From Pseudomonadota bacterium (GTDB lineage Bacteria > Pseudomonadota > Alphaproteobacteria > JAAXGF01), in NCBI GenBank assembly GCA_022572945.1, contig JACZUY010000001.1, positions 1-43,698 on the forward strand: a stretch of DNA of 43,698 bases. The letters are read 5' to 3'. Position 1 is the stretch's first letter. Each line of letters starts with the position of its first letter. Shown here piece by piece: positions 9,911 through 18,509 of the stretch. The position numbers were made by a program, and so were the translations under genes. Under the pieces are notes generated by a model that was not told the origin of the DNA, made no database searches, and saw only the letters and a program-made list of their open reading frames with translations.

Positions 9911-11248
9911 TCAGCTTTCGGGTTTCTTGCATTCCGATAAATCTTCGCATACCAGTTGGAGATCGCCGCCGGCCGAATACACCTGCCCCTTCCAACCGTC
10001 TTCTTCCGACCTCTCCAACACCATGAAGCCGAAATCGAAATAGGTTCGATTCCGTGCATCCTCTTTAACATCAAATTTTGTCTCGGGGTCGAGCTTGGTT
10101 CCGCCATTCCCGACGATCAATTGGTTCGGCGTGCCGCTAGATGAAGGGATCGACTGGAAAGCGTGAGTGTCGCCAGAGAAGACGGTGAGTCTGTTTAACT
10201 TTTTACCTAGTCCAAGAATCGCGTCGCAGGTTTTTATCAACGACTCCCCTTTGTTCACTGGAACGCGGCCTTTTTCGCAGATTGGTGTCGTACCTTTGCG
10301 AAATGGCACACTTCTCAAAGGTTGGTGGAGCAGGACAAAGGAGACGACTTCGCTATCCACCTTCTCCAATTTTTCATCGAGTTGAGTTGTCCAGTCTTGG
10401 TAGGTTTCTTCATCAATGTATTTCGACTCCGCGTCCGCCGTGTCGAGCTGCAATATACGTAAAGCGACTTCATTCTTCGTGCCTGTACGTAATTCGATCA
10501 ACTGGGTAGGTGTGAGCGTTCGGCAATTGGGATCGGGCCGTTCCTGATCCTGAACCCAGGGGGCGAAGAAATGCAGCCAGCCGGCGCCGGCCCGTTCGCA
10601 GTCCTCGTGGTTGCCGCGCACTAATATCCACGGCGCGGTGGCCAGCAGGGGCGCCGCCGGATCGAAGAAATCGGCCTTCCAGGTTTCCCAGTTGTCGCCC
10701 CAGGGGGATCCCTTGCAACCCCCAATGCTGTCCGGGCAGGCGGCTTCGCGGTAGTGGTAATCGCCAAGATGAATGACGAGGTCCGGGTCGTGCTTGGCGG
10801 CCTCCTTGGCGATCTTCGCAAACGGCCACTCCGCGGCGTCATTGCAGTCCTGGCGTTCGTAATAGGTGACGCGGCAGCCGGTATCGCCGAGCACGACGAT
10901 CTTTTTCGGCAACCGGCCGGCCCTGGTGAACTGGCGGTCGTCGATCCTAACGTCCTGTCCAGGCGTCACCGGGAATTCGCAAAGCCGCGGCGGGAAGGCG
11001 CGCCGCGCCGCCGGCGGCCGCCGGCGCATCGGATAGTCCTTTCCGTTCACTCGGATGATCGGACACTCGGCGTCTTGAGCGACGATGGCGCGGACGATGC
11101 CGCCGCCGGGAGTCAACTGCTGCCAGACGATGGGCCGGTCCTCAACGTCGCCCAAGTTCCACTTGGCGATAAAACCCCATCCGTCGATGAGGAACAGCCC
11201 GAAGACCACGACAATCGCCGCCGCGTACCGGAGTTTTCGATTCCACAT
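9911..11248 (-). CDS. Membrane-anchored metallophosphoesterase, purple-acid-phosphatase-like
   Basis: ORF 9911..11350, trimmed to ATG 11248, which is preceded by AGGAGG. There is an N-terminal TM helix (YAAAIVVVFGLFLIDGW). The motif series is GDTG, GDYHY (GDxxY), GNHE, VLLH and GDTHAF. The region is noticeably more AT-rich than its surroundings. Confidence 0.75.
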   Translation of the reverse strand: MWNRKLRYAAAIVVVFGLFLIDGWGFIAKWNLGDVEDRPIVWQQLTPGGGIVRAIVAQDAECPIIRVNGKDYPMRRRPPAARRAFPPRLCEFPVTPGQDVRIDDRQFTRAGRLPKKIVVLGDTGCRVTYYERQDCNDAAEWPFAKIAKEAAKHDPDLVIHLGDYHYREAACPDSIGGCKGSPWGDNWETWKADFFDPAAPLLATAPWILVRGNHEDCERAGAGWLHFFAPWVQDQERPDPNCRTLTPTQLIELRTGTKNEVALRILQLDTADAESKYIDEETYQDWTTQLDEKLEKVDSEVVSFVLLHQPLRSVPFRKGTTPICEKGRVPVNKGESLIKTCDAILGLGKKLNRLTVFSGDTHAFQSIPSSSGTPNQLIVGNGGTKLDPETKFDVKEDARNRTYFDFGFMVLERSEEDGWKGQVYSAGGDLQLVCEDLSECKKPES

Positions 11249-11435
11249 TTCCCGGGTGCCTCCTAAATGCGGTACCACTATAGCACGAGCGGCGCTTCCA
11301 TAGAAGATCGGATAAGTTGCTCGGCTTCTGGCCGCGCTTTGTCGAGCCACGCCGTTTCCGTCGGGCCGTTTTGGGCTGTTCTTGCGTCATCTGGGCACAC
11401 CTCTCCCGTCAACCGACATGATTCCAAGCTCCCGT

Positions 11436-11789
11436 TCAGCATCGTGCTGGTGGTCTGGGCCGCAATCCTTCGATCCGACGCAGGATTTCCCGAAACAGGT
11501 TCCTCGGCACGGCAACCTCGGCCAAATGGAACGTGATGTACCTGCCATGGCTGACCACTTTCGCACCGATCTTCACCAGCTTCGCTCGTAGCGTCGTCAG
11601 CGACCAATGTTCCACTTCCTTCGGCGGGGCCAGCGTCCGCATGAAGTTGGCCAGACTGTAGGCCAAGGCATGAAGCTGGAGCCGCACCGCGTTCTTGCCC
11701 TCTTTGATGTGCTGTTCCGCCGTGCCCCGCTTGTTGTAGAAGGCCACCACGCGTTCGGCTGGGCGGGACAGGTTGATGACGACGAAGCC
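11436..11789 (-). pseudogene. IS1380-family transposase remnant (C-terminal ~118 codons only, with an apparent internal deletion)
   Basis: The translation is GFVVINLSRPAERVVAFYNKRGTAEQHIKEGKNAVRLQLHALAYSLANFMRTLAPPKEVEHWSLTTLRAKLVKIGAKVVSHGRYITFHLAEV. This matches the conserved IS1380-family C-terminus. No N-terminal DDE region is present, and homology stops where repeat F2 begins. Confidence 0.7.
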
Positions 11790-11790
11790 G

Positions 11791-12008
11791 GCCAGGAAGA
11801 AGGCCGCGCAGCGGTAGGTGAATTAAAGCAATGGCTGCCCACTGGCCTCATCCTTCGACAAACTCAGGATGAGGCCGTGATGTGGCAGGGTGAAGCCCTC
11901 ATGATGAGCATGTTTAAACATGAGGGCCTCGGACGCGACACCCGCGGTCCCGGCGGTTGCGGCTGTTGGCGCAAGACCCTCGATGCGGACTGCCGGACGC
12001 GGCCCACG
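11791..12008 (+). repeat. Roughly 200-bp structured repeat, copy F2 (right flank of the AT-rich islet)
   Basis: It is a direct-orientation homologue of 9626..9822. Relative to F1, a ~26-nt block (gccgtgatgtggcagggtgaagcc) replaces a dinucleotide after ctcaggatgag. It abuts the transposase remnant on the left and the phnX stop on the right. Confidence 0.8.
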
Positions 12009-12010
12009 CT

Positions 12011-12859
12011 TTATGGCTTCTCGCCGCGGGCGAGGCGCTGGTTGACGTCGCCGATGACCTCGAGCAACTCGTTGAAGTCGTCGATGACGTAATGCGCGCC
12101 GCTGTTGCGCAGCACCTCGCGGGTGTGCGCGAGGCGCCGCTGCATCTCCGCCTCGGACAGGCTCTCGGCGTGCGCGATCGTGTCGATGTCCATGTAGTTC
12201 GAGTAGCGCGCGATGCCGACGCCCCAGCACCCCGCCTCGAGCGCCTCGCCGACGCCCGAGACGGTGTCGTCGACCTTGACCACCGACTGGATCGGATGGA
12301 CGTCGAGCATGTCGAGGTTCTTGTAAACCATGAACGGCTTGGGCCTGGCGCCGTGCTCGACCTCGTCGCCGGCGACCGACGCGTCGGGGACGTAGCCCTG
12401 CGTCCTGGCGTCGGCTTCGAGGACGTCGACCATGCTGCGCACGAAGCCCGTGGTGCTGCCGATCTTGATACCCTGCTTCTGCAGCTCCCGCGTCGTCTCG
12501 ACAACGCCGGGGAGCAGGCCGGTGTATTCCTTCAGGCAGTCGAGCTGCATGGGAACGAAGTCGGCGAACATGCGGTCGACGGCGCCCTGATCGGGGTATT
12601 CGCCGTGAACCGCCTTCCAGCGTTCGCGGATCTCGGGCGTCTCGGTGAGCACCTTGATGTGGAGGTCCTTGCGCAGCCCCATGGGTCCGCGCGCCTCGGG
12701 CATGGAAATCTCGACGCCGTGCTTGTGGAAGACCGCGACGAAGACCGTGGCGGGGGCGATCACGTAAGCGTCGGCGGTGGTGCCGCTCCAGTCGAGGATG
12801 ACCGCCTTGACCTTGCCGCGATAGCCTCTCGAGTACACGTAGTCGGCTCTCACGCCCAT
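12011..12859 (-). CDS. phnX: Phosphonoacetaldehyde hydrolase (phosphonatase), HAD superfamily
   Basis: This is the C-terminal part of track ORF 12011..13840, starting at ATG 12859 after GGAGGG. It reads KAVILDWSGTTADAYVIAPATVFVAVFHKHGVEISMPEARGPMGL...IKIGSTTGF...KVDDTVSGVGEALEAGCWGVGI, collinear with characterised PhnX. Confidence 0.9.
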   Translation of the reverse strand: MGVRADYVYSRGYRGKVKAVILDWSGTTADAYVIAPATVFVAVFHKHGVEISMPEARGPMGLRKDLHIKVLTETPEIRERWKAVHGEYPDQGAVDRMFADFVPMQLDCLKEYTGLLPGVVETTRELQKQGIKIGSTTGFVRSMVDVLEADARTQGYVPDASVAGDEVEHGARPKPFMVYKNLDMLDVHPIQSVVKVDDTVSGVGEALEAGCWGVGIARYSNYMDIDTIAHAESLSEAEMQRRLAHTREVLRNSGAHYVIDDFNELLEVIGDVNQRLARGEKP

Positions 12860-12882
12860 GCGACCCTCCGTTCGCGTCGCCC

Positions 12883-14013
12883 TCAGGCGGCCATTGCAGG
12901 TGCGGTGTTGTCGACACCCATTTCGCCGAGCGCCTCTTCGATCGCCGCGAGCACGCCGCGGATGTCGTCCTCGTCGATCCTGCCGATGCAGCCGATGCGG
13001 AAGCTGTCGGCGACCGTCAGCTTGCCCGGATAGATCGCGTAGCCACGGGCCCGCAGGTGGTCGTAGAACGTCTCGAAGTCGAAGTTCGGGTCGGCGGGGG
13101 TGTGGAACGTGACGATGATCGGCGCCTGCAGCCTGTCGGGCAGCATCGTGGCGAAGCCGAGCGCGCGCATGCCCTCGACCAGAACCTCGCAGTTGCGGCG
13201 ATAGCGGGCGCCGCGGCCGGCGACGCCGCCTTCGGCCGCGTGCTCGGTCAACGCCTGGTCGAACGCGGCGATCACGTGGGTCGGCGGCGTGAACCGCCAT
13301 TGGCCGTTGCCTTCCATCGCCGTCCATTGGTGATGCAGGTCGAGGCTGAGCGAATGCGCGTTCCCCGCCGCCTTCGCGAGCGCCTGTTCGCGGATGATCG
13401 CGAAGCCCATGCCGGGCACGCCCTCGAGGCACTTGTTGCTCGAGGCGACGAGCGCGTCGAAGGGGATTTCGCGGGCGTCGAGCGGGATCGCCCCGAACGC
13501 GCTCATCGCGTCGATGATCAGGCTGCGCCCGTGCCGCGCGGTCACGGTGGCGACCTCGGCGAGCGGGTTGAGCATGCCCGAGGTGGTTTCGCAGTGGATC
13601 ACCGCGACGTGCGTGACCCCGCCGTCGGCGGCGAGCGCCGAATCGAGCGCCGCGGGGTCGTTGGGCACGTCCTCGGGGGTCTCGATCGTGGCGCAGGCGC
13701 GGCCCATGATCTCGCAGATGCGGGCGATGCGCTGGCCGTAGGCGCCGTTCACCAGCACCAGCATCTTGCCGTCGCGGGGAAGCAGCGTGCCGACCGTCGC
13801 CTCGATGGCGAAGGTGCCGCTCCCCTGGACGGGCACGCAAACATGAGTGCCTTCACCCCCGGCGAGGGCGACGAGCCGCTGGCGCACGCGGGCGTTGAGG
13901 GCGATGAATTCGGTGTCGCGCGAGCCCCAGTCGCGCACCATCGCAGCCTTGGTTTGGCGCGACGTGGTCAGCGGTCCGGGGGTGAGCAGGAGAGGTTCGT
14001 CGCGGGTCGGCAT
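12883..14013 (-). CDS. phnW: 2-aminoethylphosphonate:pyruvate aminotransferase
   Basis: ORF 12883..14082, trimmed to ATG 14013 ([33 protein letters not shown]...). It is a class V aminotransferase with the [11 protein letters not shown]-lysine region, and it sits directly upstream of phnX. Confidence 0.9.
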   Translation of the reverse strand: MPTRDEPLLLTPGPLTTSRQTKAAMVRDWGSRDTEFIALNARVRQRLVALAGGEGTHVCVPVQGSGTFAIEATVGTLLPRDGKMLVLVNGAYGQRIARICEIMGRACATIETPEDVPNDPAALDSALAADGGVTHVAVIHCETTSGMLNPLAEVATVTARHGRSLIIDAMSAFGAIPLDAREIPFDALVASSNKCLEGVPGMGFAIIREQALAKAAGNAHSLSLDLHHQWTAMEGNGQWRFTPPTHVIAAFDQALTEHAAEGGVAGRGARYRRNCEVLVEGMRALGFATMLPDRLQAPIIVTFHTPADPNFDFETFYDHLRARGYAIYPGKLTVADSFRIGCIGRIDEDDIRGVLAAIEEALGEMGVDNTAPAMAA

Positions 14014-14072
14014 GGCGGGATCGTCCTCGACCTGGAGGAAATCAGCGGTTGCCTTTATTGGTCCGGGACAAC

Positions 14073-14088
14073 TATAAATCAAATTATA
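14073..14088. promoter_or_regulatory. Candidate LysR-type operator (inverted repeat TATAA-N6-TTATA) in the phnW / LysR divergent intergenic region
   Basis: TATAAatcaaaTTATA lies in the only AT-rich stretch between the divergent phnW and LysR genes. It fits the generic T-N11-A LysR box. The assignment is positional only. Confidence 0.3.
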
Positions 14089-14117
14089 AATTCTTATGAA
14101 CTTGATATGCAGGTTTT

Positions 14118-14996
14118 ATGAATTACTCGCAAATCCGGGCGTTCCAGGCGGTCGCCACCGAAGGCAGCTTCACCAAGGCCGCGCGGCTCCTGGGCGTGAG
14201 TCAGCCGGCGGTCACGATTCAGGTCAAGGCGCTCGAGGAAGGCTACGGCGTCACGCTCTTCGACCGCCGCGGCCACCAGGTCACGGTCACCGACCTCGGC
14301 AAGCAGCTCCTCGACATCACGCGGCGCGTATTCGGCCTCGATCAGGAGGCCGAGGAGCTGTTGTCGGCCGCGCGCGAGCTGCGCGGCGGCTATCTCAAGG
14401 TCGGCGCCGACGGCCCCTATTTCGTGATGGGGTTCCTTGCGGAGTTCATCGCCCGCTATCCCGGGGTCCGCGTCGCCGTGACCATGGGCAACTCGCAGGC
14501 GGTGCTCCAGGACCTGTTCGAGTTCCGCACCGACGTCGCCGTGCTGCCGCGGATCGATGATGACCAGCGGTTGCACGCGATCCCCCATACGCGGCAGCCG
14601 GTCGTCGTGTTCGTCCCCAGCGGCCATGAGTGGGCGAACCGCCGCAGCATCAAGCTCGCCGAGCTCGAGGGCCGGGCGATGGTGCTGCGCGAGGAGGGAT
14701 CGAGCACCCGTCAGGTCTTCGAGAAGGCGCTCGCCGAGGCCGGAGTCGAGCCGCGCGTGGTGCTTGAGATCGGCAGCCGCGAGGCGTTGCAAGAGGCGGT
14801 GGCCGCCGGGCTCGGCATCGGCGTCATCTCGAAGGCCGAACTGGGGCGCGACCCGAGCCTTCGCGCCATCCGGATTTCCGACGCCAGGCTCGAATCGCGC
14901 GAATACGTGGTTTGCCTCAACGAGCGGCGCAACCTGCGCACCGTGCAGGCGTTCCTGAACATCGTTGGAGAACAGAAATCCGCCGAGAGATCGTGA
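14118..14996 (+). CDS. LysR-family transcriptional regulator, divergent from phnWX
   Basis: It has the N-terminal wHTH MNYSQIRAFQAVATEGSFTKAARLLGVSQPAVTIQVKALEE and a LysR substrate-binding fold. The position matches the LysR-type phosphonatase regulators known in pseudomonads. Confidence 0.85.
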   Translation: MNYSQIRAFQAVATEGSFTKAARLLGVSQPAVTIQVKALEEGYGVTLFDRRGHQVTVTDLGKQLLDITRRVFGLDQEAEELLSAARELRGGYLKVGADGPYFVMGFLAEFIARYPGVRVAVTMGNSQAVLQDLFEFRTDVAVLPRIDDDQRLHAIPHTRQPVVVFVPSGHEWANRRSIKLAELEGRAMVLREEGSSTRQVFEKALAEAGVEPRVVLEIGSREALQEAVAAGLGIGVISKAELGRDPSLRAIRISDARLESREYVVCLNERRNLRTVQAFLNIVGEQKSAERS

Positions 14997-15040
14997 CCGC
15001 CCGAGGTGCGGCGCCCACACCGTTCTCGGGAACAATCGTT

Positions 15041-15078
15041 AAAAGGGGTCAGACCCCTTTTAACCTTTTAACAAAAGG
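15041..15078. terminator. Bidirectional intrinsic-terminator-like double hairpin between the convergent LysR and mrpD-like genes
   Basis: The first hairpin is AAAAGGGG-tcaga-CCCCTTTT (15041..15061). The second is CCTTTT-aac-AAAAGG (15064..15078). The A and T tracts flank the stems on both strands. Confidence 0.6.
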
Positions 15079-15096
15079 GTCTGTCGCCGCGAATCC

Positions 15097-16800
15097 CTAG
15101 CCGCCGCCGTGCAGGTAGTAGATCACCAGCGTGACGCCGAGCAGCACCGCGACCCAGATCGCCGCGGCGCTGGTCGGCAGCGTCCGCGCCGCGGCCGCTT
15201 GCGGGCCGCAATAGCGCCACGCCACGGCGACCACTGCATCGACGCCCCTGAGCGCGTGGACGCGCAATGCGCGGTCGATCGAGGCGCCGAACGACCAGAC
15301 GCCGCGGATCACGCGCGGCGCAAACCAGCGGTACGTCCATTCGGCGTCGATGTTCACCGAACGCAGCTCGGGCGGGTAGAGCCCGGTGATCTTGAGCCAG
15401 GCGAACGCAAGCGCCGAGAAGAAGAGGAGCTGGAGCTGGGCGACGACGTGGGTGGCGTCGAACGGCACGTATTCCACCGGGAACGGCAAGAGCGCGTAAA
15501 GCGGCCACGGGTACGCGCCGATGCCGATGCAGAGCGCCGCGGCGATGAACATCGCGACCAGCATGTTGAGCGGCGGCTCTTTCACGCGGATGCCCGAATC
15601 ATGCGCGAAGAAGGCGAAGAACGGGATCTTGATTCCGACGTAATGGAACGCGCCGGCCGACGCTAACAGGAGCAACAGCCACACCCAGTCGTAGCCTTCC
15701 TCGAGCGCCGCCGCCATCACCATCGACTTCGAGACGAAGCCGCTGAAAAGCGGAAACGCCGAGATCGAGGCGGCGCCGACGATGCACAGCGTCGTGGTGA
15801 CCGGCATGGTCTTGTAGAGACCGCCGAGATCGGAGCCGTTGATCTTGCCCGTCATGTGCAGCACCGCGCCCATCGACATGAACAGCAGCGCCTTGAAGAT
15901 CACGTCGTTAAACGCGTGCGAGACCGCGCCGTTGATCGCCAGCGCGGTGCCGATGCCGATGCCGGCGACCATGAAGCCGAGCTGGTTGATCATGCTGTAG
16001 CACAGCACCCGCCGGAGATCGTTCTCGATCACCGCGTAAAAGATCGGGAACACGGCCATCGTCGCGCCGACGTAGACCAGGAGCTCGGTGCCGGGATAGG
16101 CGCGGGCGAGCGCGTAGATCGCCGCCTTGGTCGTGAACGCGCCCAGGAAAACCGTGCCCGTCGGCGTCGATTCGGGATAGGCGTCGGTGAGCCAGTTGTG
16201 AAGCAGCGGAAACGCGCACTTGATTCCGAAGGCGAGGAAGATCAGCCACGACGCGGTCCCGCCGAGGCCGATGTAGCCGAACGCGGTCGAGCCGGTCTGG
16301 TGGACGTGGATGAGCACCCCGGCGAGCAGCAACAGCCCCGAGACCATCTGCACCATCAGGTAGCGAAAACCCGCCGCGGTCGCCCGCTGGGTGCGCCGCG
16401 CCCAGATCAGGAACACCGAGGTAACCGCCGCGAGCTCCCAGAAGATGAACAGGGTGACGAGGTCGCCGGCGAAGACGATTCCCAGTCCGCTACCCACATA
16501 GAGCAGCGCCACCACGTGCTGCATGCGCTCGCGAAGGTGAAGCGCGAAGACCGCGCCGATGATCGCGGCGAGGTGGAACAGATAGCCGAACAGGAGGCTC
16601 AGCCGGTCGGCGCGGAACACGGCGAGCTCGTAATCGAAGATCTCGACGGTCGTCAGCGCGGCGTGGTCGCCGAGCACCAGGTTGGCAAAGCTCGCAACCG
16701 GCGTCAGCACGAACAAGGCCGCGCGCAAACGGCCGGGGCTGAGCGCCACCAGGACGGCGCCGGCGACGAAGATGAGCGCCGGATGAAGACTAGCGATCAT
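15097..16800 (-). CDS. mrpD: Mrp/Mnh antiporter-like subunit, NuoL/M/N-MrpD family, third copy, with a ~75-aa C-terminal extension
   Basis: 567-aa polytopic ORF of the proton-conducting membrane transporter family (WLTDAYPESTPTGTVFLGAFTTKAAIYAL). Its extra C-terminal segment is an amphipathic stretch followed by a terminal TM helix. Confidence 0.8.
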   Translation of the reverse strand: MIASLHPALIFVAGAVLVALSPGRLRAALFVLTPVASFANLVLGDHAALTTVEIFDYELAVFRADRLSLLFGYLFHLAAIIGAVFALHLRERMQHVVALLYVGSGLGIVFAGDLVTLFIFWELAAVTSVFLIWARRTQRATAAGFRYLMVQMVSGLLLLAGVLIHVHQTGSTAFGYIGLGGTASWLIFLAFGIKCAFPLLHNWLTDAYPESTPTGTVFLGAFTTKAAIYALARAYPGTELLVYVGATMAVFPIFYAVIENDLRRVLCYSMINQLGFMVAGIGIGTALAINGAVSHAFNDVIFKALLFMSMGAVLHMTGKINGSDLGGLYKTMPVTTTLCIVGAASISAFPLFSGFVSKSMVMAAALEEGYDWVWLLLLLASAGAFHYVGIKIPFFAFFAHDSGIRVKEPPLNMLVAMFIAAALCIGIGAYPWPLYALLPFPVEYVPFDATHVVAQLQLLFFSALAFAWLKITGLYPPELRSVNIDAEWTYRWFAPRVIRGVWSFGASIDRALRVHALRGVDAVVAVAWRYCGPQAAAARTLPTSAAAIWVAVLLGVTLVIYYLHGGG

Positions 16801-17032
16801 AGTAGTCTTCCCTGCGCATCAGCAGCTTGCGCATCTCCTTCGCTCCCAACACCAGGGCGACGCCGGCGATCCAGCCGAAAATGGCGTAGAACCCGAACAG
16901 CTCCTCCCAGGCGTGAAAGACGTGCCGGGCGAAGATCAGATCGATGGCGAGCAGCCCGGCGCAGACCACATAGAACGTCCGGAGCACCCGCTTGACGTTC
17001 CGCGGCTTGTCGAGGAAATGCTGCTTCGCCAT
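16790..17032 (-). CDS. Small (80 aa) two-TM membrane protein inside the Mrp-like cluster
   Basis: The start at ATG 17032 lies 10 nt after the stop of the upstream D-like gene. The 3' end overlaps the next D-like gene by 11 nt. Two hydrophobic helices are present (VLRTFYVVCAGLLAIDLIF; FGFYAIFGWIAGVALVLGA). No family was recognised. Confidence 0.5.
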   Translation of the reverse strand: MAKQHFLDKPRNVKRVLRTFYVVCAGLLAIDLIFARHVFHAWEELFGFYAIFGWIAGVALVLGAKEMRKLLMRREDYYDR

Positions 17033-17042
17033 GGCCTGCTCC

Positions 17043-18509
17043 CTACCTCGGCACGAGCGCGCTCGCCAGCCGGTAAAGGGGATCCGGGTAGATGAACAGC
17101 GCCAGGCACCCGAGCGCGGTGATCGTGAGCGCCACGACACAGGGGAGCGGCGCCTCGCGCAGCCCGGTCGCCGGTCCCGGGTTGTCCGGCGGGCTGAAGA
17201 ACGCGCGCACCGGGATCGGCAGCAGATAGGCGACGTTGAGAAGCGAGCTCAGCAACAGCACGCCAAGCAGCACGTACTCGTCCGCCTCGAGCGTCCCGAG
17301 CGCCAGATACCACTTGCTCCACAGGCCGGCGAACGGGGGCAGGCCGATGACGCTGAGGCTGCCGACGAGAAACGCACCCATGGTGACCGGCATGGCGCGC
17401 CCAAGCCCCCGCATCTGGCTGACCTCGGTCTTGCCGGTGGCGAGGGCGATGGCGCCGGCGCAGAAGAACAGGGTGATCTTGCCGAAGGCGTGCGTGGCAA
17501 GGTGCATGGCGCCGCCAATCACTCCCAGCGTGCTGGCCATCATCGCGCCGAGCACGATGTAGGAGAGCTGGCTCACCGTCGAGTAGGCGAGGCGGGCCTT
17601 GAGGTTGTCCTTTCTGAGCGCCACCAGCGAGGCAATGACGATGGTGGCGGCGGCGACGTACATGAGCCAACGGCCCGATCCCAATTCGGCCAACAGATCG
17701 ACGCCGAAGGTGTAGATCACCACCTTGAGAACGGTGAACACCCCGGCCTTGACCACCGCGACCGCGTGCAACAGCGCGGTCACCGGCGTCGGCGCCACCA
17801 TCGCCGCCGGCAGCCAGCGGTGGAGCGGCATCAGCGCCGCCTTGCCGATGCCATAGACGTAGAGCGCCAGCAGCACGCCGATCACCCACGGCGGCGCCGT
17901 GCCGCGGAGAATCCCGCCGGGGACGAAATCGAGCCTGCCGCCGGTCAGGTGCCAGGTGATCACGATGGCGAGCAGGAGGAAACCGATCGAGGTCGCGAGC
18001 AGCATGGCGAGATAGGTGCGGCCGCCGCTCTTCGCCTCCTCGGTGCCGTGGTGGGCGACCAGCGGATAGGTCGAAAGCGTCAGCGCCTCGTAGAACACGA
18101 ACAGGGTGAACAGGTTGGCGGCGAAGGCGACGCCGACCGCCGCGCCCAGCGCCACGGCGAAGCAGATGTAGAAGCGCGTCTGGTGGCCGTAGGCATTACC
18201 GCGCATGTAGCCGATCGAGTAAATCGAGGTGACGATCCACAACGAGCTGGCGACCAGCGCGAACAACAGACCCAGGGGCTCGACCACGAATTCCAGCTTG
18301 AGCCCGGGGATCGGCTCGGCGAGCAGCGCCGAGGGGCGCAGCCCGCCCGAGACCTCGGGGAAAAGCGAGACGACGAGGCCGAACAGCACCACCGCGGTCA
18401 ACAGCGTCACCGCCTCGCGCGGGTTGGGGTGATCGCGGAACACCCAGATCAGGAGCGCCCCGAGGAACGGCACGAAGGGCGCGAGCAGCACCACCGGCGA
18501 CGGGCTCAC
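17043..18509 (-). CDS. mrpD: Mrp/Mnh antiporter-like subunit, MrpD/NuoM family, second copy
   Basis: This is the C-terminal 488 codons of track ORF 17043..19931. The GTG start at 18509 overlaps the upstream stop (GTGA) and is preceded by GGAGG. Sequence: VSPSPVVLLAPFVPFLGALLIW...HRWLPAAMVAPTPVTALLHAVAVVKAGVF. Confidence 0.8.
   Translation of the reverse strand: MSPSPVVLLAPFVPFLGALLIWVFRDHPNPREAVTLLTAVVLFGLVVSLFPEVSGGLRPSALLAEPIPGLKLEFVVEPLGLLFALVASSLWIVTSIYSIGYMRGNAYGHQTRFYICFAVALGAAVGVAFAANLFTLFVFYEALTLSTYPLVAHHGTEEAKSGGRTYLAMLLATSIGFLLLAIVITWHLTGGRLDFVPGGILRGTAPPWVIGVLLALYVYGIGKAALMPLHRWLPAAMVAPTPVTALLHAVAVVKAGVFTVLKVVIYTFGVDLLAELGSGRWLMYVAAATIVIASLVALRKDNLKARLAYSTVSQLSYIVLGAMMASTLGVIGGAMHLATHAFGKITLFFCAGAIALATGKTEVSQMRGLGRAMPVTMGAFLVGSLSVIGLPPFAGLWSKWYLALGTLEADEYVLLGVLLLSSLLNVAYLLPIPVRAFFSPPDNPGPATGLREAPLPCVVALTITALGCLALFIYPDPLYRLASALVPR

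Noticed and set aside
9911-11248. The metallophosphoesterase islet as an anti-phage defence system
   Set aside because: It is a single gene with a secreted or membrane-anchored PAP-like architecture. It has no partner nuclease, ATPase or sensor genes, so a phosphate-scavenging role is the simpler reading.
12011-13840. 609-aa ORF suggesting one large protein across phnX and phnW
   Set aside because: Only the last 282 codons (phnX) look like protein. The upstream part is an out-of-frame read-through of phnW, which has its own clean ORF at 12883..14013.
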